A stretch of 64,000 bases of DNA from an uncultured Trueperaceae bacterium (GTDB taxonomy: Bacteria; Deinococcota; Deinococci; Deinococcales; Trueperaceae): the NCBI GenBank assembly GCA_963815215.1, contig CAWFFU010000011.1:256001-320000 (forward strand), given 5' to 3'. Each line of letters starts with the position of its first letter. Within the stretch, counting starts at the first letter, position 1. A program made the position numbers and the translations under genes. The notes under the pieces are model-generated. The model did not search any database, was not told where the DNA came from, and was given only the letters and a program-made list of their open reading frames with translations. This document shows, piece by piece, positions 11,830 through 22,515 of the stretch.

Positions 11830-13134
11830 CTACAGCCCGAAGCGGCCGTAGATCGCGTCGACGTGCCTCAGATACCAGTCGGGCTCGAACGCCTCGTCGA
11901 GCTCGGCGGCTCCCAAGCGGCAGTCCGGATCGTCGGCCAGCAGCGCCCGCAAGTGCGTCCCCTCGTCCCAGCTTCGAAGGCTGTTGCGCTGCACCACCTC
12001 GTAGGCCGCCTCTCGGCTCATCCCCTTGTCGACGAGGAGGTGGAGCACCCGCTGCGAGTAGACCAAGCCGTGCAGCAGATCCAGGTTGGCCTCCAGACGG
12101 TCCTCGTACACGACGAGATCGCGCAGCACGCGAGCCAGGCGGCGCACGGCGTAACTGGCCAGCGTGGTGGAGTCCGGCAGGATGACGCGCTCGACCGCGC
12201 TGTGGCTGATGTCGCGCTCGTGCCACAGCGCCACGTTCTCGAGCGCCGCCTGCAGGTTGCTGCGCAACAGCCGCGCCACCCCGGCGAGGTTCTCGCTGGC
12301 GATGGGGTTCTTCTTGTGCGGCATGCTCGAGCTGCCCGTCTGCCCCTTACCGAAGCCCTCCTGCGCCTCGCGCACCTCGCTGCGCTGCAGGTGCCGGATC
12401 TCCAGGGCGACCCGCTCCACGGTGGTGCCCAGGATGGCCAGCGCGCTCATCAGCTCGGCGTGGCGGTCCCTCGCGACGGTCTGGTTGGTGACGGCGTCGA
12501 CGGCGAGCCCCAGCCGCTCGGCCACGCGGGCCTCGACCTCGGGCGGCACGTGCGCGTAGGTGCCCACCGAACCCGACAGCATGGCCACCGAGATCGCCTC
12601 GCGCGCCCGCCGTAGGCGCACCTCGTCACGTTGCAGCGCAGCCAGGAAGTTCAGGAACTTCAGCCCGAACGTCATGGGCTCGGCGTGGATCCCGTGGGTA
12701 CGCCCCACGCAGGGGGTGTGCCGGTAGCGCACCGCCTTCTCGCGGAGCGCTTCGGAGAGCGCCGATACGTCGGCCAGCACGATGTCTAGGGCTTCGCGCA
12801 GCAGCAGGTTCTGGGCCGTATCGACTACGTCGGTGCTGGTCAGGCCGTGGTGCAGGAAGCGCGCCGGCTCCCCCACGCGCTCGCCGATCGCGCGCGTGAA
12901 GGCCACGATGTCGTGCCGGGTGGTGGCCTCGATCGCCTCGACCCGCTCGGCGAAGGCGTCGTCGAGCGGGCGCTCCGCCAGCGCCTGAACGATGGCCCCG
13001 GCCGTGCCGGCCGGCACCTCACCGAGCGCCTCCCAGGCTTCGGTCGCCGCGAGCTCGACCTGCAGCCACGCTCGGTAGCGGGCGGCGCCGCCCCACAGGC
13101 GCCGCATCTCGGGCGTGGTGTAGCGGTCGATCAT
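11830..13134 (-). CDS. purB: Adenylosuccinate lyase
   Basis: [10 protein letters not shown] start, [21 protein letters not shown]. Confidence 0.96.
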   Translation of the reverse strand: MIDRYTTPEMRRLWGGAARYRAWLQVELAATEAWEALGEVPAGTAGAIVQALAERPLDDAFAERVEAIEATTRHDIVAFTRAIGERVGEPARFLHHGLTSTDVVDTAQNLLLREALDIVLADVSALSEALREKAVRYRHTPCVGRTHGIHAEPMTFGLKFLNFLAALQRDEVRLRRAREAISVAMLSGSVGTYAHVPPEVEARVAERLGLAVDAVTNQTVARDRHAELMSALAILGTTVERVALEIRHLQRSEVREAQEGFGKGQTGSSSMPHKKNPIASENLAGVARLLRSNLQAALENVALWHERDISHSAVERVILPDSTTLASYAVRRLARVLRDLVVYEDRLEANLDLLHGLVYSQRVLHLLVDKGMSREAAYEVVQRNSLRSWDEGTHLRALLADDPDCRLGAAELDEAFEPDWYLRHVDAIYGRFGL

Positions 13135-13197
13135 GGCTAGAACGCTACCACGCTGTCGCGACGCGCTCGGGGCCCGCCCGCCGGTATGCTCATGGCC

Positions 13198-13521
13198 ATG
13201 GAACGACGTCCTTGGGGCCTGGTCGCAGGCCTGGCCGTGCTGCTCGTGGTGGCGCTGGCGATGACCAATCCCGACAAGAAGGCCTTCGCGGCGGCCTACG
13301 CCGACCGCCTGAACAACCAGGTGGTGAGTGCGTCCGACCCCATCGGCCGGCTCCTGGGCGGGCTCACCCAGAACGCCATCGAAGCGGCGCTCGAAGCTCA
13401 GGCGCGGAGGCAGAACTACCTGGTGGCGAGCGTGTACACGGTGCCGATGGCCGGACCCGACCTGCGCGTGCTCGGCATCCTGGGCCACTTCGTCCCGCTC
13501 CAGACGCCGACCGCGCACTGA
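13198..13521 (+). CDS. Small membrane-anchored hypothetical protein (DUF4359-like)
   Basis: N-terminal TM helix followed by TNP..., R.NYLVASVY, GILGHF; TATGCT 7 nt upstream of ATG 13198. Confidence 0.6.
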   Translation: MERRPWGLVAGLAVLLVVALAMTNPDKKAFAAAYADRLNNQVVSASDPIGRLLGGLTQNAIEAALEAQARRQNYLVASVYTVPMAGPDLRVLGILGHFVPLQTPTAH

Positions 13522-13736
13522 CGGCCGGGGCGCGGCTGCGGGCGCCGACGCCGGGCTCGAACCCAGCCCCCCTGGCGAGGACCGGTGGAGCACCGCGAAT
13601 GCCGCACTGGACGGCGCTTCGGCCACCACTCGTGGTTTGCGCGGGGGCCGCGCCGGGTGGTAGACTCGTGCGTTGGCCCGATGTCGGTTGACGCCGCTCC
13701 TGAGCCGTTTTCTGGAGCGCTTCCCGGTGCACGGGC

Positions 13737-16226
13737 GTGTCCACGAGGAGGCAACCCTTGAACGAAGGCCAGGTCGTTCCGGTCCAGATCACGGACGAGA
13801 TCAAGACGAGTTTCATCAACTACGCCATGTCCGTCATCGTCGACCGGGCCCTCCCGGATGTACGCGACGGACTGAAGCCCGTGCAACGACGCATCCTCTA
13901 CGCGATGCAGCGCATGGGGCTGTCCTCGGACCGGAAGCACTCCAAGAGCGCAGGCGTCGTGGGCGAGGTCATCGGTAAGTATCACCCGCACGGCGACATG
14001 GCGGTCTACGACGCCATGGTGCGCATGGCACAGCCCTGGAACCTGCGCTATCCGCTGGTCCACGGCCAGGGCAACTTCGGCTCCATCGACGGCGATCCGG
14101 CAGCGGCCTACCGCTACACCGAGGCGCGGCTGACACAGATCGCCGAGGCCATGCTGGCCGACATCGACAAGGAGACGGTGGACTTCCGCGAGAACTACGA
14201 CGGCACCACCGTGGAGCCCAACGTCATGCCCGCCGCCGTGCCCAATTTGCTGATCAACGGCGCATCGGGCATCGCCGTCGGCATGGCGACCAACCTGGCA
14301 CCGCACAACCTGGGAGAGATCGTCGACGGCCTGATCGCGATGATCGACGATCCGGCGGTCCCCAGCGAGCGATTGATGCAGCACGTCAAGGGGCCCGACT
14401 TCCCCACCGGCGGCATCATGGGCCGCGAAGGCATCCGGCAGGCCCTGGAGACGGGGCGCGCCAGCATCCGGGTGCGGGGCCGCGCGCGCATCGAGGAGCG
14501 CGGCAATCGACACTCGATCGTGGTGACCGAGATCCCCTACCAGGTCAACAAGACCTCCCTCATCCAGACCGTAGCGGGACTGGTGCGCGCCAAGAAGATC
14601 GAGGACATCGCGCAGCTCCGCGACGAGTCCGATCGCCAGGGCATGCGCATCGTCTTCGAGCTCAAGCGCGGAGTGGTCCCCGAGCTGGTGCTCAACCAGC
14701 TCTACAAGTTCACGCAGCTGCAGAGCACCTTCGCCGTGAACAACGTGGTCATCGTCGAGGGCTCGCCGAGGCTGCTGCCGCTGCGCGAGATGCTGCGGCT
14801 CTATCTGGAGCATCGCGCCGGCGTCGTGCGCCGCCGCAGCGAGTTCGAGCTGCGCAAGGCGCGCGAGCGGGCGCACATCCTCGAGGGCTACCTGATCGCG
14901 CTCGACAACCTCGATGCCATCATCGCGCTGATCCGCTCGTCGAAGGACGGGCCCGAGGCGCGCGCCGGCCTGATGCGCGAGTTCGGCCTCAGCGAGGTGC
15001 AGGCCCAGGCCGTGCTCGACATGCGCCTGCAGCGCCTGACCGGGCTCGAGCGCGACCGCATCCAGGAGGAGTACCGCGACCTGCTCGAGGAGATCGCTCG
15101 CCTGGAGCTCATCCTCGCCGAGAAGGAGGAGCTCTGGCGCGTCATCCGCGGCGAGCTGCTCGACGTCAAGGGGCGCTTCGGCGACGTGCGCCGCACCGCC
15201 ATCGCGGACCTCTCCGACGACATCTCCAAGGAGGACCTGATCGCCGAAGAGAACGTGGTGGTCACGCTGACGCGCGGCGGGTACATCAAGCGCACGCCCA
15301 TCACCAGCTACCGCGCGCAGGCACGCGGCGGGCGCGGCGTCTCGGCTCAGCGAGCCAAGGAGGACGACGTCAACTCGCTGCTGCTGGTGGGCTCCACGCA
15401 CGACTTCCTGCTGTTCTTCAGCGACCGGGGGCGTGTCTACCGCGAGAAGATCTACGACCTCCCCGAGGCCGAGCGCGGCGCCCGCGGCAACCACATCCGG
15501 AACATCCTGCCGTTGGAGGAAGGCGAGGTGGTGCAGACGGTGCTGGCGCTCAAGGCGTTCGACATCGCGGGCTACTTCGTCTTCGCCACCCGGCAGGGGC
15601 TCATCAAGCGCACCGCCATCCGCGAGTACGGCAACATCAACAGCTCCGGCCTCATCGCCGTCAACCTGGTCGATGGGGACGCGCTGGTCTCGGTGCGTAT
15701 CACCGACGGCCACGCCGACATCGTGCTCGGCACCCGCGGCGGTCACTCGATCCGCTTCGCCGAGGAGGACGTTCGCGAGACCGGTCGCGCCACCCAGGGC
15801 GTCATCGGCATCCGCCTCAAGGCCGACGACCGGGTGGTCAGCCTGGCGGCCATCTCCGACGGCGAAAAGGAGACCGCGGAGCTGCTCAGCGTTACCGAAC
15901 GCGGGTTCGGCAAGCGCACCGGCCTCTCCGACTACCCGCTGCAGGGACGCGGGGGCCAGGGCGTGATCACCCACAAGCTCACCGACCGCACCGGCGCCCT
16001 CGTGAGCCTCAGCCACGTGGTCGGTGAAGAGGAGCTGTTCGTGCTCTCGCAGGGGGGCATCCTGATCCGCACCAAGGTCGACCAGGTCAGCAGTTACGGG
16101 CGCTCCTCGCAGGGTGTCACCATCATGCGGCTGGGCGCGGGCGACGTGGTGGTAGCGGCCCTCGTCATGCCCGACGAGGAGGATCTGGAGCGGGGGATGG
16201 ACGAGCGCAAGGGCACCAAGGCGTGA
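13737..16226 (+). CDS. gyrA: DNA gyrase subunit A
   Basis: [29 protein letters not shown] catalytic Tyr, GyrA-box QARGGRG, C-terminal pinwheel repeats. Confidence 0.98.
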   Translation: MSTRRQPLNEGQVVPVQITDEIKTSFINYAMSVIVDRALPDVRDGLKPVQRRILYAMQRMGLSSDRKHSKSAGVVGEVIGKYHPHGDMAVYDAMVRMAQPWNLRYPLVHGQGNFGSIDGDPAAAYRYTEARLTQIAEAMLADIDKETVDFRENYDGTTVEPNVMPAAVPNLLINGASGIAVGMATNLAPHNLGEIVDGLIAMIDDPAVPSERLMQHVKGPDFPTGGIMGREGIRQALETGRASIRVRGRARIEERGNRHSIVVTEIPYQVNKTSLIQTVAGLVRAKKIEDIAQLRDESDRQGMRIVFELKRGVVPELVLNQLYKFTQLQSTFAVNNVVIVEGSPRLLPLREMLRLYLEHRAGVVRRRSEFELRKARERAHILEGYLIALDNLDAIIALIRSSKDGPEARAGLMREFGLSEVQAQAVLDMRLQRLTGLERDRIQEEYRDLLEEIARLELILAEKEELWRVIRGELLDVKGRFGDVRRTAIADLSDDISKEDLIAEENVVVTLTRGGYIKRTPITSYRAQARGGRGVSAQRAKEDDVNSLLLVGSTHDFLLFFSDRGRVYREKIYDLPEAERGARGNHIRNILPLEEGEVVQTVLALKAFDIAGYFVFATRQGLIKRTAIREYGNINSSGLIAVNLVDGDALVSVRITDGHADIVLGTRGGHSIRFAEEDVRETGRATQGVIGIRLKADDRVVSLAAISDGEKETAELLSVTERGFGKRTGLSDYPLQGRGGQGVITHKLTDRTGALVSLSHVVGEEELFVLSQGGILIRTKVDQVSSYGRSSQGVTIMRLGAGDVVVAALVMPDEEDLERGMDERKGTKA

Positions 16227-17182
16227 GCGCGACGGAGGGCTCGGCCGCCGCGTCCTCCAGACCGGCGGTGCTGCTCGACTGCGATCCCGGGCACGACGAT
16301 GCGTTGGCGATCCTTCTGGCCGGAGCGACCACCGAGCTCGTCGGGGTGACGGCGGTGAGCGGCAACGCGCCCCTCGATCGCACGCTGCACAACGCCCTGG
16401 TGGTGATCCAGATCGCGGGGCTCGACGTGCCGGTGCACGCCGGCGCGACGCGGCCGCTGGTGGCCGAGCCCCGGCACGCCGCCTTCATCCACGGGAAGAG
16501 CGGTATGGACGGCCCGACCCTACCGCCTCTCGAGCGGCAGCCCGCGGCGGGCTCGGCGGTGCGTTTCTTGCTGGAATCCGCCGAAGCTCGGGACGGCCTG
16601 TGGCTGGTGGCCACCGGACCCCTCACCAACGTGGCGCTCGCTCTGCTCGAGGACCCCGGGCTGGCGCAGCGCCTGCGAGGCATCAGCCTGATGGGCGGGA
16701 GCTACGGACCCGGCAACGTCACCGCCACCGGCGAGTACAACATCGTGGCCGATCCCGAAGCCGCCGCGGTGGTGTTCGCGTCGGGGGCGCGGTTGGTGAT
16801 GGCGGGCCTCGACCTCACGCACCGCTTCCGCATGGGGCCGCCCCGCGTGGCCGCGCTCCGCGCGCTCGGCAACGGCCCCGCGACCTTCGCAGCCGAGCTC
16901 CTGGAGGCCTATGGCGCCGCCTACGCGCGCAGCTTCGGTCCGGAGGTCGGAGTCCCCCTCCACGATCCCTGCGCAGTGCTGGCCGTGACGCACCCCGGGC
17001 TGTTCGCCTCCGAGCAGCGCCATGTCGAGGTCGAGCTCGCGGGCCGGCTCACGCGCGGCATGACTGTGGTCGACCGGCGCGGGGGCGGCAGGGGCGGCCA
17101 GCCCAACACCACGGTGCTCACCGATGTCGACGACGACCGTGCCTTCGAGGCGTTGCGCGACGCGCTCGCGGGCTATCGCTGA
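16223..17182 (+). CDS. Inosine/uridine-preferring nucleoside hydrolase
   Basis: [29 protein letters not shown]. Confidence 0.93.
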   Translation: MSATEGSAAASSRPAVLLDCDPGHDDALAILLAGATTELVGVTAVSGNAPLDRTLHNALVVIQIAGLDVPVHAGATRPLVAEPRHAAFIHGKSGMDGPTLPPLERQPAAGSAVRFLLESAEARDGLWLVATGPLTNVALALLEDPGLAQRLRGISLMGGSYGPGNVTATGEYNIVADPEAAAVVFASGARLVMAGLDLTHRFRMGPPRVAALRALGNGPATFAAELLEAYGAAYARSFGPEVGVPLHDPCAVLAVTHPGLFASEQRHVEVELAGRLTRGMTVVDRRGGGRGGQPNTTVLTDVDDDRAFEALRDALAGYR

Positions 17183-17239
17183 GGTGCACGGTGTGATGCG
17201 GCTTGTGTACAGTGGCGGGAGAGGCCCGGGCAGAGAGCC

Positions 17240-17920
17240 ATGATCCAGTTCCACCACGTCACCAAGACCTATCCGCGGACGCACACGCATGCCCTCAGAG
17301 ACGTCGATTTCGGGGTCCGGAAGGGCGAGTTCGCGTACATCACCGGGCACTCCGGCGCCGGCAAGTCGACGCTGCTGGCCCTGTTGCTCCGTCGCATCAC
17401 CCCCACCGAAGGGCAGGTCTACGTCGCCGGTCAGGACGTCACCCGGTTGCGCGAGGGCCGGCTGCCCCACCTGCGGCGGAGCATCGGGATGGTCTTCCAG
17501 GATCACCGCCTGCTCGGCCACCTGTCGGCGTTGGAGAACCTGACGTTCGCCCTGCGCGCCACCGGCAACCGCGGCAACATGGAGCAGCGGGCCCTGCTGG
17601 CGTTGCGCCAGGTCGGTCTGGCGCACAAGCGCAAGGCGTTCCCCATCGAGCTGAGTCTGGGGGAGCAGCAGCGCGTCGCGATCGCCCGCGCCATGGTGAC
17701 CAGCCCGGCCCTGCTGCTGGCCGACGAGCCCACCGGAAACCTCGACCCCGACACCGCCATGGAGGTCGTCGAGCTCCTCAACGACGTGAACATCAAGGGA
17801 ACCACCGTGATCGTCGCCACCCACTCGCGTGACCTGGTCGACCGCTTCAAGCGCCGCACGCTGGTGCTGCGTAACGGCGAGCTGGTCCGCGACGACGATC
17901 GCGGTGGCTACTCGCTCTAG
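17240..17920 (+). CDS. ftsE: Cell division ABC ATPase FtsE
   Basis: GHSGAGKST, LRRSIGMVFQDHRLL, LSLGEQQRVAIARA, LLADEPTGNLDP; no ftsX adjacent. Confidence 0.9.
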   Translation: MIQFHHVTKTYPRTHTHALRDVDFGVRKGEFAYITGHSGAGKSTLLALLLRRITPTEGQVYVAGQDVTRLREGRLPHLRRSIGMVFQDHRLLGHLSALENLTFALRATGNRGNMEQRALLALRQVGLAHKRKAFPIELSLGEQQRVAIARAMVTSPALLLADEPTGNLDPDTAMEVVELLNDVNIKGTTVIVATHSRDLVDRFKRRTLVLRNGELVRDDDRGGYSL

Positions 17921-17964
17921 CCAGATGGTCCCGCGCAGCTTGGGCCCCGACGGATCGAGCCGGG

Positions 17965-18714
17965 TCAGAGGGTGGTGACGGAGTAGTCGAGTCGCTCCTC
18001 GGACAGGATCATCTCCAGGAACTGGAGCTGGCCGAGGGCGTCGATCATCGCGAAGCCGTGGTCCTTGTCGATATAGATGCCGTCCTTCATGACGGTGTGG
18101 CCGTACACGCCGAAGCGGTGGCCCGCCTGCTGCACCAGCTCCGGCTTGTTGAACCACCAGGTCTTGGTGTCCCCGTCGTGATAGAAGAAATCGTCGAAGT
18201 ACTGCATGCCCGGGAGCGGCCCGGCGTGGGCGAAATGCACGCCGAAGAACACACGCTCGCGCGCGAAGGACCTGAACCAAGCGACCAGGTCGTCGGGCAG
18301 CGCTACACCGCCCAGCTCGGGGTTGAACTCGTCGTGACGCAACCCACCGCGAGTGGTGATCTCGTAGTTGTGCTCGACGGCCACTTCGTCGTGGTTGCCC
18401 AGGATGATGGTGACGTTGCCCCTGGCCTGGTCCACGAAACGCTTGAAGCGGTAGAGTTCGCGGATCTGCGCCTTCGCGGCGCGCCGCAGGTGGTCGGGAT
18501 TGCCGGGATCGTACGGCTCGACGCCGACGGCGTTGGCATAGGCGCGCTCGTCCTTGTAATGCACGAGGTCACCCACGCACACCACCTGGTAGCGGCCCTC
18601 GATCACGGCCGACGTAGGCTCGTAGGTGGGCGTGCACGCCGCCGACGCCTTGAGCACGCGCCACAGCTCCGGCCACTGCCCATGCACGTCGCCCATCGCG
18701 ATGACCTTGATCAC
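17965..18714 (-). CDS. Calcineurin-like metallophosphoesterase
   Basis: GDVHG, GDLVH, GNHD, HAG and GHT motifs. Confidence 0.88.
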   Translation of the reverse strand: MIKVIAMGDVHGQWPELWRVLKASAACTPTYEPTSAVIEGRYQVVCVGDLVHYKDERAYANAVGVEPYDPGNPDHLRRAAKAQIRELYRFKRFVDQARGNVTIILGNHDEVAVEHNYEITTRGGLRHDEFNPELGGVALPDDLVAWFRSFARERVFFGVHFAHAGPLPGMQYFDDFFYHDGDTKTWWFNKPELVQQAGHRFGVYGHTVMKDGIYIDKDHGFAMIDALGQLQFLEMILSEERLDYSVTTL

Positions 18715-19520
18715 GGGGCTGCGCCTCTGTCCAGCAACAGCTCGCGGAGCCTTCGGTAGAGTTCGCGGGCCTCCTCCGGGCTGCGACCGTATCCGCCGTG
18801 CTCGACGACCAGGGTGGCCGCCTCACGGCCGAGCCCTTCCGCCCTCAGGCGCTCGACGAGGCGCTCGATCACCTGCTGGCCCTCGCTGCGGCCCGGGCCC
18901 GTTTCGGGCGCCGGAGCCGAGCCCGGCCGCGGATCGGATGCCGCGACCGCCCCGCCGGGGACGTCTTCGGCGGGGACGTCCTCGGCGGGGACGTCCTCGA
19001 TACCATCGCTCTCCACACCACCGATCCCCACACCACCCGTCTCCACGCCACCGTCCTCGCGCTGGCCGTCATCGTACCGGCCGATCTCGCGATCGACCGC
19101 ATGACCGTCCTCGACACCGATCTCAGGCACCACCACGGGTTCCCCTGTTTCGAAGTCGAAGTCGACCCAGGCGCCACGCTCGCTCGGCGGCCGCATCCCG
19201 CACAGGCTCGCCGCCCTGCCCAACGCCCAGGCGCACACCCGCTCCACGGCGAGCTGCCCGCCGAACGAGCGGGCCACTCCGGTCTTGTGAACACCGAGCA
19301 GCTCGAGCTCGCACACCACCGCGTCCGGCCCCAGCGGCACCAGTCGCGTGGACCATCCTTCGACACCGAGCACCTGGTTCAAACGCTCCACCACGGCCGG
19401 CCCGCTCACCACCGGCTCCAGACGCGCGGTGCTGCCCTCTCGATCGAGCTGGGCGACGCACCAGTCGAGGGCGTGGGCGGGGAACGGTAGCGAGAGTCGA
19501 GCCCATTCGTCGCGCCGCAT
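18711..19520 (-). CDS. Rad52/Rad22-family (DdrA-like) single-strand annealing protein
   Basis: LSLPFP...W, V.ERLNQVLG..GW, VCELELLGVHKTG; acidic low-complexity linker; helical C-terminus. Confidence 0.7.
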   Translation of the reverse strand: MRRDEWARLSLPFPAHALDWCVAQLDREGSTARLEPVVSGPAVVERLNQVLGVEGWSTRLVPLGPDAVVCELELLGVHKTGVARSFGGQLAVERVCAWALGRAASLCGMRPPSERGAWVDFDFETGEPVVVPEIGVEDGHAVDREIGRYDDGQREDGGVETGGVGIGGVESDGIEDVPAEDVPAEDVPGGAVAASDPRPGSAPAPETGPGRSEGQQVIERLVERLRAEGLGREAATLVVEHGGYGRSPEEARELYRRLRELLLDRGAAP

Positions 19521-19689
19521 CAGCGCAGTATATCAGCGCCGCCGCCACGCTCAGGATGAGGTTTTCCTCGTCCCGAAGGGCCCCGGGGCGATCATCGGAG
19601 GAGCCGCCGGGGAACGCCGTCCAACGGCCCGTGCGGTAAGCTGGGGGCATGCACAAGTGCCTCGCTCGACGCGCAGCGGACGTGTGGAC

Positions 19690-19860
19690 CCCTGTGACGG
19701 GGAGTCGCGTGAGCGCGAACCTGTGAGCGCAGACCCGTGAACGCAGAGCTGTGAGTGGGAACCTGTGAGTGGGACCTGTGAGCGGAGACCCGTGAACGAA
19801 CTCGTGAACGAACCCGTGAACGAACCCTTGGACGACACTGGGGGTGGACCTGTGACCCGA
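19690..19860 (+). repeat. Degenerate tandem repeat, 12-14 nt units, core ACCYGTGARY
   Basis: acctgtgagcgcag / acccgtgaacgcag / agctgtgagtggga / acctgtgagtggg / acctgtgagcggag / acccgtgaacga / actcgtgaacga / acccgtgaacga / acccttggacga. Confidence 0.85.
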
Positions 19861-19979
19861 CCCGAGAACAGACCGGCGCGCAACCTTGCGAGTGGACCCG
19901 AAGGTGGCACCGTGACGACCCCGCTCGCACGGACGTACGCTCGTGGCGGTTCCGCCCGACGCGCCTTACGCTCCCGATC

Positions 19980-22511
19980 GTGCTCATCGCGCTTCTCGGG
20001 CTGACCCTGGCGCCCGCCTTCGCGCAAGGTACCCCGGCCCAGCCGAGCCCCAACCCGCCCTCCCCCACCGTCACGCTGAGCGGGAACGTGCTCCGCTCCG
20101 GCGCAACGGTCGCCCTCGACGGCAGCGGCTTGCAGGCGGACACCGCCTACACGGTCACGGTCACCTCGCCCGACGGTTCCAGCGAACCGACCACGGTGCG
20201 CTCGGACGGCTCGGGAACGGTGCACTTCGAGCGCGTCCTGAAGCAGGCAGGAAGCTGGACCCTGCGGCTGAGAGGGCCGGGCATCGACGCGCCGCTCTCG
20301 GTCGAGGTATCGCAGCAACCCGACGGCGGATCGAGCTCCGGCACACCCAGCACGCCGGCGCAGCCGAGCGCCCCGACGCCCCAGTCGCCCACGCCCCAGT
20401 CGCCCGCACCGCAAACGCCCGCACCGCAAACGCCTACACCGCAGGCCCCCGACACGCAGGCCCCGGCGCAGACGCCCGACGCGGGCACCCTCGGCCTCGC
20501 CATCGAGCAGGGCAGCCTGATCGCCCGGCGCGCCGGGCAGGAGGTGTGGCACCTCGGCTTCGCCGCCGGCAGTGGTGACACCGCGGGCGTGCTCGAAGCC
20601 AACGGCAACGTCTACCTTGGCCACGGCAACAGCGTGCTCGTGCTCGATCCCGCGAACGGCCGGGTGAGGCAGCGCTTCGCGGTCCCCACTCAGGTGACGG
20701 CGCTCGCCGCCGGCGCGGCCGGAGTATCGGTGACGGTCACCTTCCGGAGCGGCACCCAGCAGACGCTCGAGCTCGATCCAGGCGGCATCCGCGGCACCGT
20801 GCGCTTCGGCTCCGATCCCGCCATGTTCGCCTGGCTGCACAACGAGGCCGTCATCGCCGACCCGGCCACGCGCCTCGAGCAGGACCCGACCAACCCCTGG
20901 CTGTACGTGGCCGTTGCCCAGCAGAACGCCGACGTCCAGGCAGCCGCCGCCGACTACCAGCGTGCACTGGCCCACGCCACGACCTTCTACGAGCGGGCTC
21001 AGCTCGCGCGCGTGTTCTATCGCGCGGGCCAGACCGACCTCGCCGGGCAGGCCATGGACGGCGCGCTGCGCGACTTCGTGGATCGCGGCTACGCCGCCGA
21101 GCTGCTGACCGATCCGCAGCTTCGTGAGGCCTACGGCTTCGCCCTGCCCGAGCTCGTTGGTGCAGTGCAGCACGGTGATCTCCAAGCCGCCGCCTTCTGG
21201 GCGCCCTGGGCGTATCGCATGAGCACGCCGGCCGTGCCGGCCACCCAGGCCGCCCTGCTCGACTACAGCCGTGCCCTGCGCTCCGACGGGCAACGCAGCG
21301 AGGCTTCGCTGTGGCGCGCGCGCGCTCACGAGGGCAACGGGTTCAGCCTGGGACGCGCCCTCGACCGGGCCGCCCTCGACCTGGGGCGGGCCGGTTGGTA
21401 CGGAGTGGCGGCGCTGCTGGTGGCGATGCTCTTCCTGCACTTCACCCTGATCGCGAAGTACTGGCGCCCGCAGAGTCTGGCCATGAAGCAGCGCAAGGAG
21501 GCCGGTCGCGGCATCGGCCGCGTCCCCAGGCTGTTCGCCATCCGTTACTACAGCTTCACGGAGAAGCTGGTGCTGGTGCTGATGTTCGCGGCCGTGCTGG
21601 CGCTGGCAAGCCTGGCCGGCTGGGCCGATCGCGGGGACCGACTGCCGCCGTCGTGGCGGACCGGGACCCTTGCCGCCGTGCCCGCGCGCGACGCTATGGC
21701 GACCGCCCTGGGAACGGGGACGGTCGCGGACTTCGTGCGCGGCTACGGAGCTCAAGTGGCGGGGGACGGGACCGCGGCTGCTGCGGCCTACCAGGCAGCC
21801 GGCGCCTACGCTCCCGCTCTGAACAACCTCGGTGCCCTGCAGGGCACGGACGCCCTCTACCAGCAGGCGCTCGACGCGGCTCGCGACCTGCCCGCGGCGC
21901 TCTTCAACCTCGGCCGCGGCACCGACCCCTCACAGCTGCATGCCAACTACGCCGCCAACGCGCCGCTGTTGGCAGTGCCGAGCGAATCGGTGCTGCGTTC
22001 GGCCGTCGCCGGTCAGTTCCAGGACGCGCTCGGCGCGGCGTTCACCAACCCCTGGGCGGAGCTGACGGGCTTCAACCCGCTGGCGACCCCGCTGTGGCTG
22101 TGGGACGCCTTCGTGGTGCTCTTCCTGGCGTGGGCGGCGGTCACCGTCATCTACCTGGTGATCCCCGGACCGCGCCTGGCGCGCAACGCGCCACGCACCG
22201 CGGCCTACCATCTGCTGGCTCTGCTCATCCCCGGCAGCGGCCTCAGCGACGAGCTGTGGGGCGTGCTGCTGCTGGTGCCGTGGGCGATCTTCGGCATCGA
22301 CACCCTGCTCCACTTCCTTGCGCTCGGTGCGCCCGCCGGCATCCCCCTCGCCACGGACTACACCGCGCTGGCGGTGATCTACGCCCTGAACATCGTCTCC
22401 TTCGTGGTGGAGCTCACCTCCTACCGTCGCCGCATGGCGACATTGCGCCGCTCCCACCCGGAGACGGCGCGGGCCTACGGCATGCGGGTGCCCGAGCGTC
22501 CCGCGGAGTGA
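19980..22511 (+). CDS. Large multi-pass membrane protein with extracellular beta-rich, Pro-rich and TPR-like regions; function unknown
   Basis: Signal-like N-terminus (LLGLTLAPAFAQ), PQ(S/T)P(T/A) repeats, helical Ala-rich segments, about six TM helices; start uncertain. Confidence 0.7.
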   Translation: MLIALLGLTLAPAFAQGTPAQPSPNPPSPTVTLSGNVLRSGATVALDGSGLQADTAYTVTVTSPDGSSEPTTVRSDGSGTVHFERVLKQAGSWTLRLRGPGIDAPLSVEVSQQPDGGSSSGTPSTPAQPSAPTPQSPTPQSPAPQTPAPQTPTPQAPDTQAPAQTPDAGTLGLAIEQGSLIARRAGQEVWHLGFAAGSGDTAGVLEANGNVYLGHGNSVLVLDPANGRVRQRFAVPTQVTALAAGAAGVSVTVTFRSGTQQTLELDPGGIRGTVRFGSDPAMFAWLHNEAVIADPATRLEQDPTNPWLYVAVAQQNADVQAAAADYQRALAHATTFYERAQLARVFYRAGQTDLAGQAMDGALRDFVDRGYAAELLTDPQLREAYGFALPELVGAVQHGDLQAAAFWAPWAYRMSTPAVPATQAALLDYSRALRSDGQRSEASLWRARAHEGNGFSLGRALDRAALDLGRAGWYGVAALLVAMLFLHFTLIAKYWRPQSLAMKQRKEAGRGIGRVPRLFAIRYYSFTEKLVLVLMFAAVLALASLAGWADRGDRLPPSWRTGTLAAVPARDAMATALGTGTVADFVRGYGAQVAGDGTAAAAAYQAAGAYAPALNNLGALQGTDALYQQALDAARDLPAALFNLGRGTDPSQLHANYAANAPLLAVPSESVLRSAVAGQFQDALGAAFTNPWAELTGFNPLATPLWLWDAFVVLFLAWAAVTVIYLVIPGPRLARNAPRTAAYHLLALLIPGSGLSDELWGVLLLVPWAIFGIDTLLHFLALGAPAGIPLATDYTALAVIYALNIVSFVVELTSYRRRMATLRRSHPETARAYGMRVPERPAE

Positions 22512-22515
22512 GCGT

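Noticed and set aside
13660..13736. DdrO-binding RDRM upstream of gyrA (ATGTCGGTTGACG)
   Set aside because: Spacing and flanks do not fit the 17-bp TT...AA palindrome.
19690..19860. Repeat array as CRISPR or replication iterons
   Set aside because: Units are 12-14 nt, degenerate and abutting, with no unique spacers; no cas or rep gene nearby.
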